Positions 30,648 through 39,270 of a stretch of DNA of 64,000 nucleotides are shown here, in pieces. The DNA comes from Phreatobacter sp. (GTDB lineage Bacteria > Pseudomonadota > Alphaproteobacteria > Rhizobiales > Phreatobacteraceae). Each line of letters starts with the position of its first letter. Positions within the stretch are counted from its first letter, which is position 1. A program made the position numbers and the translations under genes. The stretch lies in NCBI RefSeq assembly GCF_027532945.1, contig NZ_JAPZTZ010000030.1, forward strand, positions 9,199 through 73,198, in the 5' to 3' direction. The notes under the pieces are model-generated. The model saw nothing but the letters and a program-made list of their open reading frames with translations. It was not told where the DNA came from and searched no databases.

Positions 30648-31766
30648 TCAGCGGCCGGTCTTGGCGCGCGTCCAGGCGCGGGTGATGACGCGCTGCAGCC
30701 GAGCATCGGGGCTCGTCACCGTGAAGAGCCGCGCCATCACCGCCTCCGGCGGATAGATCGACGGATTGTCCCTGACAGCCGGCGCCACCAGCGGCCGGGC
30801 GGCGAGGTTGCCGCTAGCATAGCTCACGAAGGTGGCGATCTTGGCCATGACCTCCGGCCGGTTCACGTAGTTGATGAAGGAGTGGGCGAGGTCGGCATTC
30901 GGCGCATCGGCCGGGATCGCCATCTGGTCGAACCACATCTGCGCGCCTTCCCGGGGGATGACGTACTGGATGTCGACGCCGTTACCCGCTTCCTTCGCCC
31001 GCTTCTGCGCCTGGAAGATGTCGCCGGAATAGCCGACCGCGAGGCAGATGTCGCCATTGGCCAGGGCCGAGATATACTCCGAGGAGTGGAACTTGGTGAT
31101 CAGCGTGCGCAATTGCTGCACATGCGAGGCGGCGGCCTCCCAGTCCTCGGCCCGCTTGGAATTGGGGTCGCGGCCAAGATAGCGCATCACCGAGGGCAGG
31201 AGATCCTCGGCCGTGTCGAGGAAATGGATGCCGCAATCCTTGAACCTGGCGAGCGTGTCGAAATCGAGCGCCAGGCGCCAGGAATCGAGCGGCGCATCGG
31301 GCATCCGTTCGCGGATCTTGGCGACATTGTAGCCGATGCCGGTCGTGCCCCAGAGATAGTTCACCGAGAAGGCGTTGCCGGGATCGTAGGCGGCGGTACG
31401 GCGCAGGATGTCCGGCCAGAAGTTGGTGCGGTTCGGGATCTTGGCGGGGTCCAGCCGCTGGTGGACATTGGCGGCGATCTGCCGCGACAGGAACGGCGCC
31501 GACGGCACGACGATGTCGTAGCCAGTGCGCCCGGCGAGCAGCCGCGTCTCCAGCACCTCGTTGGAATCATAGGTGTCGTAGACGACCTTGGCGTTGAACT
31601 CGCGTTCGAAGTCGCGGAGCACCTGCTCGTCGATATAATTCGACCAGTTGAAGATCCTCAGCTCCCGGGGCGCCTGGGCGGTCGCGGCGGCGACAAGGCC
31701 GAACGTCGCCAGGGCCAGTGTGGCGAAACCCGCGACGGCGCGTCGCGTCAGGGAGCCTGGGACCAT
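30648..31766 (-). CDS. potF: Polyamine (putrescine) ABC substrate-binding protein (PotF/PotD)
   Basis: FNWSNYI, YDSNEVLETRLLAG, GYDIVVPS, YLWGTTGIGYN, FHSSEYISALANGDIC, PREGAQMWFD. Confidence 0.82.
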   Translation of the reverse strand: MVPGSLTRRAVAGFATLALATFGLVAAATAQAPRELRIFNWSNYIDEQVLRDFEREFNAKVVYDTYDSNEVLETRLLAGRTGYDIVVPSAPFLSRQIAANVHQRLDPAKIPNRTNFWPDILRRTAAYDPGNAFSVNYLWGTTGIGYNVAKIRERMPDAPLDSWRLALDFDTLARFKDCGIHFLDTAEDLLPSVMRYLGRDPNSKRAEDWEAAASHVQQLRTLITKFHSSEYISALANGDICLAVGYSGDIFQAQKRAKEAGNGVDIQYVIPREGAQMWFDQMAIPADAPNADLAHSFINYVNRPEVMAKIATFVSYASGNLAARPLVAPAVRDNPSIYPPEAVMARLFTVTSPDARLQRVITRAWTRAKTGR

Positions 31767-31829
31767 GATGCCATCCTTCGTTTCAGAACCTGCCGAAAGG
31801 CCGGCGGCAATCTAGGCGAAGCGCGGCGT

Positions 31830-33269
31830 TTAGCAACAGCCGAGGCTGTCGGAGAAGTGGCGACAGATCACCGCTTCCAGCTCCGGCAGGGCGGCGCGGA
31901 AGGCGCCGCGCGCCTCCACTTGTCCGCGCATGGCGGCGCGCAATTCGCGGTGGATGGCGGGAAGGTCCACGCCGGTGACAGTGCCGTCACGCACCACGAC
32001 GCGCCCGGCGATGAGCGTTTCCTTCAGATGCCTCCCGGAGGCGCGGGCGAAGAGCAACTCGACCGGCGGCACATCCATCAGCGCGTCATCGTCGAGCGCC
32101 GCGCGGTCGAGCACGACGAGATCGGCCGGCGCGCCGGCCTCGATCCGGCCCGTCACCGGCGAGTTCAGCGTGCGATGGCCGGCCGTGAACACCGCCTGCA
32201 TGACGTCGGCGGTGGAGACTTGCCTGTCGAAGCCCCAGCCGGCATGGAGCGACCAGACGAGGCGCATCTCGCGCAAGAGATCATCGTCTTCGTCAAAGGC
32301 CTGGCCGTCGATGCCGAGGCCGACCTTGCAGCCCGCCTTGATCATCGCCGCCACCGGCGCAAGACCCGAGCGCAGCGCGAGATTGGAGGAGGTATTGACC
32401 GAGATGGTCGCGCCACTCTCGGCGATCAGCTCCAGATCCTGAGGGGAAGCCCAGGTGCAATGGGCCAGCGTCAGGCGAGGTGACAGCAGCCCGATCTCTT
32501 TCAGGTGTCGGGCGATGCCGCCAGGAAAATGTCGGTCGGCCCAGTCGCGCTGGTAGCGGGTTTCCAGCAGGTGCATGTGCACCCGCCGGCCGGTGCGCTC
32601 CGAGGCCTCGGCGATGCCCTCGAGCAGCGCCGGCGTCGACCATTGCACGCCGTTCGGGCCGTATTGCACATCGACCATCGGCGAGGCGATGGCGGCGGCG
32701 ACGGCCTCGACGCGGGCGAGCTGCTCGGCAACAGGCAAGGGCTTGGCGAGGAACCGCGCCTCGACCTCGGCGCGTGCGGCGGGCGACAGCGCGTCGAGGA
32801 TCGGGCCTGACTCGCCATAGACGAGCGGATTGGCATCGCGCATGGCGATGCCGAAGGCGATGCGCAGTCCGACATCGCTCGCCGCGCGCGCCACCTCCTT
32901 CGCCTCGGTGACGAAGTCGGTGAGGCCCTGGACGCGGGTGTAGTGGACCATCGAGGCCCCCTGCCCGCCGAGCAGCGCCCGGCCGAAGGGCGCCACCGAG
33001 GCCAGCCAGGGATCGACCGAGCCGAAGAGCTGCAGCCGGTGCAGCCAGGTTTCCAGCGGCCGGCCAAAGCCGCCGATGGAGGAGGTGCGCAGCGAACGCG
33101 CATGGTCATGCGCGTTCGCCAGGGCAGGAAGGACCAGCACATCGTCATGGGCCTCGCCGGGGGCGAGGTCCCGCACCGCGGTGATGCGGTCGCCCTCCAC
33201 AATGATGGCGGAGGGGCCGCGGGCGCCGCCGGCGTCGATGAGGCCGGCGACGGTGAGAATGCGGGTCAT
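31830..33269 (-). CDS. Metal-dependent amidohydrolase, deaminase type
   Basis: NAHDHAR (HxH), VHMHLLE (HxxE), LAHC, GIDG, GRIEAGAPADLVVLD. Start refined to 33269. Confidence 0.85.
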   Translation of the reverse strand: MTRILTVAGLIDAGGARGPSAIIVEGDRITAVRDLAPGEAHDDVLVLPALANAHDHARSLRTSSIGGFGRPLETWLHRLQLFGSVDPWLASVAPFGRALLGGQGASMVHYTRVQGLTDFVTEAKEVARAASDVGLRIAFGIAMRDANPLVYGESGPILDALSPAARAEVEARFLAKPLPVAEQLARVEAVAAAIASPMVDVQYGPNGVQWSTPALLEGIAEASERTGRRVHMHLLETRYQRDWADRHFPGGIARHLKEIGLLSPRLTLAHCTWASPQDLELIAESGATISVNTSSNLALRSGLAPVAAMIKAGCKVGLGIDGQAFDEDDDLLREMRLVWSLHAGWGFDRQVSTADVMQAVFTAGHRTLNSPVTGRIEAGAPADLVVLDRAALDDDALMDVPPVELLFARASGRHLKETLIAGRVVVRDGTVTGVDLPAIHRELRAAMRGQVEARGAFRAALPELEAVICRHFSDSLGCC

Positions 33270-33301
33270 GATGGTCCTGCAGCTACGACGTTGACGCGCC
33301 C

Positions 33302-34354
33302 TCAGGCGCCGGCGGCGCGCTCGGCGGCCGGCGGCAGGAAGGAGCGGTTGAACACCTCGGAAGGCGCCGGGGCCCGCGGCAGCTGGAAGACGTCGACGAT
33401 CTGCGCGATGGCGCGGGTCATGCGCGCATCGTCCACGTCGCCGAAGCCGAGGGTCCGGACCTCCGGCGTGACGATCGCCGTCTTCGCGGCATAGTCGACC
33501 CGGCGGGCCTCCAGTGCCTGGTTGAACAGCGGCTCGACCTTGGTCATCGGCGCCATGGCGGCTGCCGGGTTGGCGAGCGTCTCCTTCATGGCGCGGTTGA
33601 CCGCCGAGACGAGGCCGCGCACCGCCGCCGGATTGTCGCGGGCGAGCTTCTGCGAGACCATCACGCCGTTGGAATAGGCGGCGATGCCGTGGTCGCCGAA
33701 GACGAACCAGCGGAAGTCCTTGTCCGGGTCCTGCCGCATGCCGATCAGGTTCATGTAGCTGGTCAGGGTGAAGATCAGCGAGGCCTGAACCTGGTCCTGG
33801 ATGAGCATCTGCTCCTGCAGGTTCGGCGCCATGTTGATGATCTCGTTCTTCGCCGGATCGATGCCGTTGATCTTGGCGAAGGCCGGCCACATGCGCGTCG
33901 TCGCCGAGCCGGCCGGACCGCCGAGCTTCTTGCCCTCGAGATCCTTGACCGTGTTGATGCCGCTATTGGCCTTCACGACCACGCCGAAGGGGGCCTTGTT
34001 GTAGATCATGTAGACCATGACCGGCTGCTCGCCGGGCCGCTGCGCGGCGTTCTGGATGATGGCGTTGACGTCGCCGAAGCCGGCGTCATAGGCGCCGCCC
34101 ATGACGCGGGAGACGGTCGCCGCCGAGCCCTCGCCCTGGTCGATGGTGACATCGAGGCCGGCGTCGCGGAAATAGCCCTTCTCCTGGGCGAGATAGTACC
34201 AGGCGTGAACGCCCTGGAACCGCCAGTCGAGGGTGAACTTCAGCGCGGTACGGGACTGCGCGAGGGCCGGGGCAGCGAGAAGCGTGGCGGCGGAGCCGAT
34301 GAGCATGCGTCGGGAGAAGAGCACGGAAATCCTCCGGTTGGGGGAAAAAGGCAT
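33302..34354 (-). CDS. NMT1/THI5-like ABC substrate-binding protein (paralog 1)
   Basis: [30 protein letters not shown]; RR signal peptide. Confidence 0.87.
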   Translation of the reverse strand: MPFSPNRRISVLFSRRMLIGSAATLLAAPALAQSRTALKFTLDWRFQGVHAWYYLAQEKGYFRDAGLDVTIDQGEGSAATVSRVMGGAYDAGFGDVNAIIQNAAQRPGEQPVMVYMIYNKAPFGVVVKANSGINTVKDLEGKKLGGPAGSATTRMWPAFAKINGIDPAKNEIINMAPNLQEQMLIQDQVQASLIFTLTSYMNLIGMRQDPDKDFRWFVFGDHGIAAYSNGVMVSQKLARDNPAAVRGLVSAVNRAMKETLANPAAAMAPMTKVEPLFNQALEARRVDYAAKTAIVTPEVRTLGFGDVDDARMTRAIAQIVDVFQLPRAPAPSEVFNRSFLPPAAERAAGA

Positions 34355-34360
34355 GCGTGG

Positions 34361-35140
34361 TCAGGTCACCGCAAGGTCCTTGCGGTGGGCCCAGCCGGTG
34401 ACCCGGCTCTCGGCCAGCGAGAAGATCGCGTAGAGGCCGACGCCGAGGCCGGCGAGGATGAAGAGCCCGGCGAAGACCAGCGGCACGTTGAAGGTGGACG
34501 AGGCCACCATCATCATGTTGCCGATACCGCGGTTGGAGGCGACGGTTTCCGCCACCACCGAACCGACGAAGGCGAGCGTCACCGCGACCTTCAGCGAGGC
34601 GAAGAAATAGGGCATGGCCCGGGGCAGCGAGACGTTCCAGAGGATGTCCCACTTCGACGCCTTCAGCGTCTTCATCACATCCTCGAGCTCCGGCTCCACC
34701 GTGGCGATGCCGGTGGCGACGTTCACGACGATGGGGAAGATGCAGATGATCGCCGCGGTGAGGATGGCGGGCACGGTGCCGGCGCCGAACCACAGGACGA
34801 AGATCGGCACCACCGCCACCTTCGGGATCGAGGAAATGCCGACCAGCAGCGGATAGGCCGTGTCATAAGCGAGGCGCGAGGAGCCGATGGCGACCCCGAA
34901 GGCGACGCCGATGAGGACGCCGATGCCGAAGCCGGCCAGCGTCGTGAACAGCGTCTGCCCGGCATGCGGGCGGATCGCCGGCCAGTACTGGATCAGCGAG
35001 GCGATGATCTGGGTCGGGCGCGGCAGCACGATGTCGGAAATGCCGCCGATGAGGCAGGCGACCTCCCAGAAGACGAAGACGCCGATGATGAGGGCGATCG
35101 AGGCCGACTTGCGGCGGATGAGGTCGGACAGTCCGTCCAT
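34361..35140 (-). CDS. ABC permease, NitT/TauT family (paralog 1)
   Basis: SIPKVAVVPIFVLWFG, FPIVVNVATG, LPRAMPYFFASLKVA. Start refined to 35140. Confidence 0.88.
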   Translation of the reverse strand: MDGLSDLIRRKSASIALIIGVFVFWEVACLIGGISDIVLPRPTQIIASLIQYWPAIRPHAGQTLFTTLAGFGIGVLIGVAFGVAIGSSRLAYDTAYPLLVGISSIPKVAVVPIFVLWFGAGTVPAILTAAIICIFPIVVNVATGIATVEPELEDVMKTLKASKWDILWNVSLPRAMPYFFASLKVAVTLAFVGSVVAETVASNRGIGNMMMVASSTFNVPLVFAGLFILAGLGVGLYAIFSLAESRVTGWAHRKDLAVT

Positions 35141-35142
35141 GG

Positions 35143-36063
35143 TCAGTGTCCTCCCGCCTGGACGATGCCAGTGCCCCCGCGGGCCGCGACGATCAGGCTG
35201 CGCAGGCGCTGGTTGAGCGCGACGAATTCGGCCTCGTAGGTCATGTCGATGCCCCGCGGCCGGGCGAAGGCGACGGGGGAGTCGTCGAGGATGCGGCCGG
35301 GACGGGCGCTCATCACGCAGATGCGGTTGGCGAGGAAACCGGCCTCGCGCAGGTCGTGGGTGACGAGGAGGACCGTGGTCTTCTTCGACATCCACAGGTC
35401 CTGCATGATCTGCCAGAGCTCCTCGCGGGTGAACTGGTCGAGGGCACCGAAGGGCTCGTCGAGCAGCAGGAGGTCCGGCTCGTGGATGAGGGCGCGGCAG
35501 AGATTGGCGCGCTGCATCATGCCGCCGGAGAGCTGCCATGGAAATTTATCGCCGAAGCCGGCGAGGCCAACCTGCGCCAGCAGCGCCTCGACCCGGTCGC
35601 GGAACTCGGTCTTGCGCTTGGCCGAGAACTCCGACCGGAAGGGCGGCACGATCTTCAGCGGCAGCATGACGTTGTCGCGGATGTTCATCCACGGCAGCAG
35701 CGTCGGGTTCTGGTAGGCCATGCCGATGCGGATCGGGGTGGCGCCGAGCTCGCGGCCACCGACGAAGACATGGCCGGTCGAGGGCTTCAACAGGTCGCCG
35801 ACCAGCTTCAGCAGCGTGGACTTGCCGCAGCCCGACGGACCAACCAGCGCGACGAAATCGCCCTCGGCGATGGCGAGGCTCGTCTCGGACAGCGCCTGGA
35901 CCTGCTTGTCCCCCTTGCCGAAGCGCACGGTGACCTTCTCGAACTCGATGAAGGGACGCGCGCTGGAGACGCGCGCCGCGCCGTCCGTTTCGGGACTGCC
36001 TGTTTCTTGGGCAGCCATCCCGTCATCGGGCGGTGGGGCGACCTTGGCGAGGGCGAGGGTCAT
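35143..36063 (-). CDS. ABC ATPase, NitT/TauT family (paralog 1)
   Basis: GPSGCGKST, KFPWQLSGGMMQR, DEPFGALDQFTRE, VTHDLREA. Confidence 0.9.
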   Translation of the reverse strand: MTLALAKVAPPPDDGMAAQETGSPETDGAARVSSARPFIEFEKVTVRFGKGDKQVQALSETSLAIAEGDFVALVGPSGCGKSTLLKLVGDLLKPSTGHVFVGGRELGATPIRIGMAYQNPTLLPWMNIRDNVMLPLKIVPPFRSEFSAKRKTEFRDRVEALLAQVGLAGFGDKFPWQLSGGMMQRANLCRALIHEPDLLLLDEPFGALDQFTREELWQIMQDLWMSKKTTVLLVTHDLREAGFLANRICVMSARPGRILDDSPVAFARPRGIDMTYEAEFVALNQRLRSLIVAARGGTGIVQAGGH

Positions 36064-36113
36064 GGCAAATCCTGCTAATGCGGAAGCGCGGTGCCGTTGG
36101 GCCCCTCGGGGTT

Positions 36114-36129
36114 CGCAAGACAGGTGCCA
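36114..36129 (-). promoter_or_regulatory. sigma54 promoter of the ABC-amidohydrolase operon
   Basis: Minus strand TGGCACC-TGTC-TTGCG, about 50 nt upstream of ATG 36063. Confidence 0.8.
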
Positions 36130-36234
36130 ATCCCGCCTTCCATGCCTGCGTCATCCCGGCGCGGGCCCCTCTCCCGGCGGTGTTGCCGGGGCTTTCGCGC
36201 TCGGGCAGGCTCCAGATCCATACTGGAGCCGCCC

Positions 36235-36738
36235 ATGACAGCCTCACCGCACGACCTCGACGCCCTCGCCGCCCGCATCGCCGGGCGGCTGGTCGCCCGC
36301 AGCGAGACCGTCGCCGTCTCCGAATCCTCCGCCGGCGGGCTGATTTCCGCCGCGCTGCTCGCCGTGCCGGGGGCCTCCGCCTATTATCTAGGCGGCGCTG
36401 TGGTTTACACGCCCAAGGCCCGGGACGCGCTGTTGCGCATCTCGACGCGGCAGATGGTCGAGAGCGGCATCCGTTCGGCCTCGGAACCCTGGGCGGCGCT
36501 GATGGCAAAGACCATCCGAGACAGCCATGGCGCGGTCTGGGGCCTGTCGGAGACCGGCGCCACAGGGCCGACGGGCAACCGCTACGGCGATGCCGCCGGC
36601 CATGCCTGCCTCGGCCTCGACGGGCCGGTCGTGCGGACCCTCACCATCGCCACCGGCTCGGCCGACCGCGCCGCCAACATGCGCGCCTTCGCGGCGGCGG
36701 CACTGGAGCTCTTCGCCGAGGCGCTGGAGGCAGGCTGA
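36235..36738 (+). CDS. CinA/PncC-family protein (stand-alone, divergent active site)
   Basis: VAVSESSAGG, VPGASAY..GGAVVY, SETGATGP, DRAAN; aligns by eye with PncC. Start refined to 36235. Confidence 0.8.
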   Translation: MTASPHDLDALAARIAGRLVARSETVAVSESSAGGLISAALLAVPGASAYYLGGAVVYTPKARDALLRISTRQMVESGIRSASEPWAALMAKTIRDSHGAVWGLSETGATGPTGNRYGDAAGHACLGLDGPVVRTLTIATGSADRAANMRAFAAAALELFAEALEAG

Positions 36739-36759
36739 GGGGGCGCTTCAATGCCCCCC

Positions 36760-36790
36760 AAAACACGAAGGGCGGGCCCATTGCCCGCCC
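36760..36790 (-). terminator. Intrinsic terminator after hss
   Basis: Stem GGGCGGGC / GCCCGCCC followed on the minus strand by TTCGTGTTTT. Confidence 0.65.
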
Positions 36791-36811
36791 CGCTCAATCC
36801 ATCCGCCCTGT

Positions 36812-38248
36812 TTAGTCCCGCACGAGAATGTTTCGGAACTGCCAGGGGTCCGAGCTGTCGATATCCTCGGGGAAGAAGCCCGGGCGGCCCTGAAGCGGCG
36901 TCCAGTCGGTATAGGTGCCGATGACCGGCCCGAGATAGGGCCGCTGCACCTCGAGGCAACGGCGGAAATCCATGTCGTCGGCCTCAACGATGCCGGCCTC
37001 CGGGTTCTCCAGCGCCCAGACCATGCCGGCGAGCACGGCGGAGGTCACCTGCAGGCCGGTGGCGTTCTGATAGGGCGCGATCCGCCGCGTCTCCTCGATG
37101 GAGAGCTGCGAACCGTACCAATAGGCATTGCCGGCATGGCCGTAGAGCAGCACGCCGAGCTCGTCGATGCCGTCCTCGATCTCGTTCTCGTCGAGGATGT
37201 GCCAGGAATCCTGCCGCTTGCCGGCGGCGCCGAACATCTCGTGCAGCGACAGCACCGCGTCGTTGGCCGGATGGTAGGCATAGTGGCAGGTCGGCCGGTA
37301 GGTGACCTTGCCCGCTTCATCGCGCACCGTCAGGTAGTCAGCGATGGAGATGGCCTCGTTGTGGGTGACGAGGAAGCCATACTGGGCGCCCGGCGTCGGG
37401 CACCAGGAGCGCACGCGGGTGTTGGCGCCGGGCTGCAGCAGGTAGATCGCGGCCCCGCAGCCGGTCTCGTGGGTGCCCGCATTCGCCGGCATCCAGGTCT
37501 CGTGCGTCCCCCAGCCGAGCTCGGCCGGCTGCATGCCCTCGGACACGAAGCCCTCAACCGACCAGGTGTTGACGAAGACATTGGCCGGCTTCGGCTTCTT
37601 CGAGCGCTGGGTGTCGCGCTCGGCAATGTGGATACCCTTGACGCCGACCTTGGCGGCGAGCGCAGCCCACTCCGCCTTGGTCTTCGGCTCGGTGAAATCG
37701 ACCTTGTGGTCGGTGGCGATGTTGAGCAGCGCCTGCTTCACGAACCAGGAGACCATGCCGGGATTGGCGCCGCAGCAGGAGACGGCGGTGGTGCCGCCGG
37801 GCTTCCGGTCGCGGGCTTCCAGCACGCGCTCGCGCAGCATGTAGTTGGAGCGCGCCGCCGGGCCCTTGGACGTGTCGAAATAGAAGCCGGCCCAGGGCTC
37901 GGCCACCGTGTCGATGTAGAAGCAGCCGATCTCGCGGCACAGCTCCATGATGTCGACGGAGGAGGTATCGACCGAGAGGTTGACGCAGAAGCCCTTGCCG
38001 CCACCGGCGGTGAGCAGCGGCGTCAGCAGGTCGCGATAGTTCTCCGCCGTGACATGCTCCTGCACGAACCGGATGCCGCGCTCATCGAGGAGCTTTCGAT
38101 CCGTATCGACCGGATCGATGACCACCATGCGCGTCTGATCATATTTGAAATGCCTCTCGATCAGCGGCAGCGTGCCGCGGCCGATGGAACCGAAGCCGAT
38201 CATCACGATCGGACCGGTGATTTCATGATAGACGGGCCACTGGCTCAT
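36812..38248 (-). CDS. hss: Homospermidine synthase
   Basis: IGFGSIG (NAD), GANPGMVSWFVK, HIAERDTQ, NTWSVEGF, HNEAISI, YRPTCHYAYHP, NATGLQV. Start refined to 38248. Confidence 0.95.
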   Translation of the reverse strand: MSQWPVYHEITGPIVMIGFGSIGRGTLPLIERHFKYDQTRMVVIDPVDTDRKLLDERGIRFVQEHVTAENYRDLLTPLLTAGGGKGFCVNLSVDTSSVDIMELCREIGCFYIDTVAEPWAGFYFDTSKGPAARSNYMLRERVLEARDRKPGGTTAVSCCGANPGMVSWFVKQALLNIATDHKVDFTEPKTKAEWAALAAKVGVKGIHIAERDTQRSKKPKPANVFVNTWSVEGFVSEGMQPAELGWGTHETWMPANAGTHETGCGAAIYLLQPGANTRVRSWCPTPGAQYGFLVTHNEAISIADYLTVRDEAGKVTYRPTCHYAYHPANDAVLSLHEMFGAAGKRQDSWHILDENEIEDGIDELGVLLYGHAGNAYWYGSQLSIEETRRIAPYQNATGLQVTSAVLAGMVWALENPEAGIVEADDMDFRRCLEVQRPYLGPVIGTYTDWTPLQGRPGFFPEDIDSSDPWQFRNILVRD

Positions 38249-38278
38249 GCGAGGTCTCCGGACTGGCATGGGTGACGG

Positions 38279-38311
38279 AAAAAGGGTCCCGGCTTGTCAG
38301 CCCCGGGACCC
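38279..38311 (-). terminator. Terminator-like hairpin 30-60 nt upstream of the hss start
   Basis: GGGTCCCGG-GGCTGACAAG-CCGGGACCC-TTTTT on the minus strand. Confidence 0.75.
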
Positions 38312-38325
38312 GCGGAAGAATGGCG

Positions 38326-38354
38326 CATTGGCCATGAAGGGACCCGCCCGTCAA
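38326..38354 (-). promoter_or_regulatory. Putative sigma70 promoter upstream of hss
   Basis: Minus strand TTGACG-N17-CCAATG. Confidence 0.5.
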
Positions 38355-38389
38355 CGCTTATTCGCATGACGCGGCGATGACGCGCAGGC

Positions 38390-39169
38390 TCAGCGGCTGC
38401 GTCCCCGTGCCTGGACACCGGCACGCCGGGCCTCCAGCTGGGCTGGCGATAAGGCGGTGTTGTGGCGGCGCGACAGGTCTGCCTCCAGCGCCAGCGCCTC
38501 GCCGAAGGCCAACCGGTAGCCCTCATCCATCAGCCCCTTGTAGGCCGCGACGAAGGACGGCTCGACCTCCGCCATGTCGCGGGCGAGCGACAGCGCCTCA
38601 TCCATGAGCGTCGCCGCCGGCACGGCGCGGCTGACGAGGCCCCAGTCGCTGGCTTGGCTTGCGGTGATGAACCGGCCGGACAGCGCCATCTCCTTCGCCC
38701 GCGACGGGCCGATGATGCGCGACAGCTTCTGGCTGAGGCCCCAGCCGGGGATGACGCCGACGCGCTGGTGGGTATCGGCGAAGCGCGCTGTGTCGGCGGC
38801 GATCAGCACGTCGCAGGCAAGCGCCAGCTCGAAGCCGCCGGTAATAGCGACACCGTTCACAGCGGCGATGACGGGCTTCCGGCAATCTTCGATGGCGCGG
38901 ATCGGGTTCGGTCTCTCGCCGTCGGCCTCGCCCTTGCCGAGGAGGCCGGATGTGGCGCCGAGCTCCTTCAGGTCGAGCCCGGCCGAGAAGGCCCGCTCGC
39001 CGGCTCCGGTGAGGACGATCACGCGGACGGTGTCATCGGCAGAGAGCGCAAGGATCTCGGCCGTGAGGGTGCGGATGAGCGCCTGCGACAGGGCGTTCAT
39101 CGCCTGCGGGCGGTTGAGGGTCAGGATGGCAACCGGTCCCTGGCGGTCGGTCAGCAGCTGGGGTTCCAT
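38390..39169 (-). CDS. Enoyl-CoA hydratase/isomerase (crotonase family)
   Basis: AFSAGLDLKEL, PVIAAVNGVAITGGFELALACD, GVIPGWG. Confidence 0.92.
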   Translation of the reverse strand: MEPQLLTDRQGPVAILTLNRPQAMNALSQALIRTLTAEILALSADDTVRVIVLTGAGERAFSAGLDLKELGATSGLLGKGEADGERPNPIRAIEDCRKPVIAAVNGVAITGGFELALACDVLIAADTARFADTHQRVGVIPGWGLSQKLSRIIGPSRAKEMALSGRFITASQASDWGLVSRAVPAATLMDEALSLARDMAEVEPSFVAAYKGLMDEGYRLAFGEALALEADLSRRHNTALSPAQLEARRAGVQARGRSR

Positions 39170-39270
39170 GACTTCGGCTCCGTCTATCCTGCGGCTCCCT
39201 CTGCGACAGCTTCAGAGGCTGCACTTTGGGGCCTTCCAGGCCAGCCCGCATCTCGTCGGTTCGAGGGAGA

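Noticed and set aside
36064-36234. TPP riboswitch expected upstream of a THI5/NMT1-type transporter (also checked 57708-57905)
   Set aside because: No CTGAGA / CCTGA..TAATGC core on either strand; sigma54 motifs are present instead.
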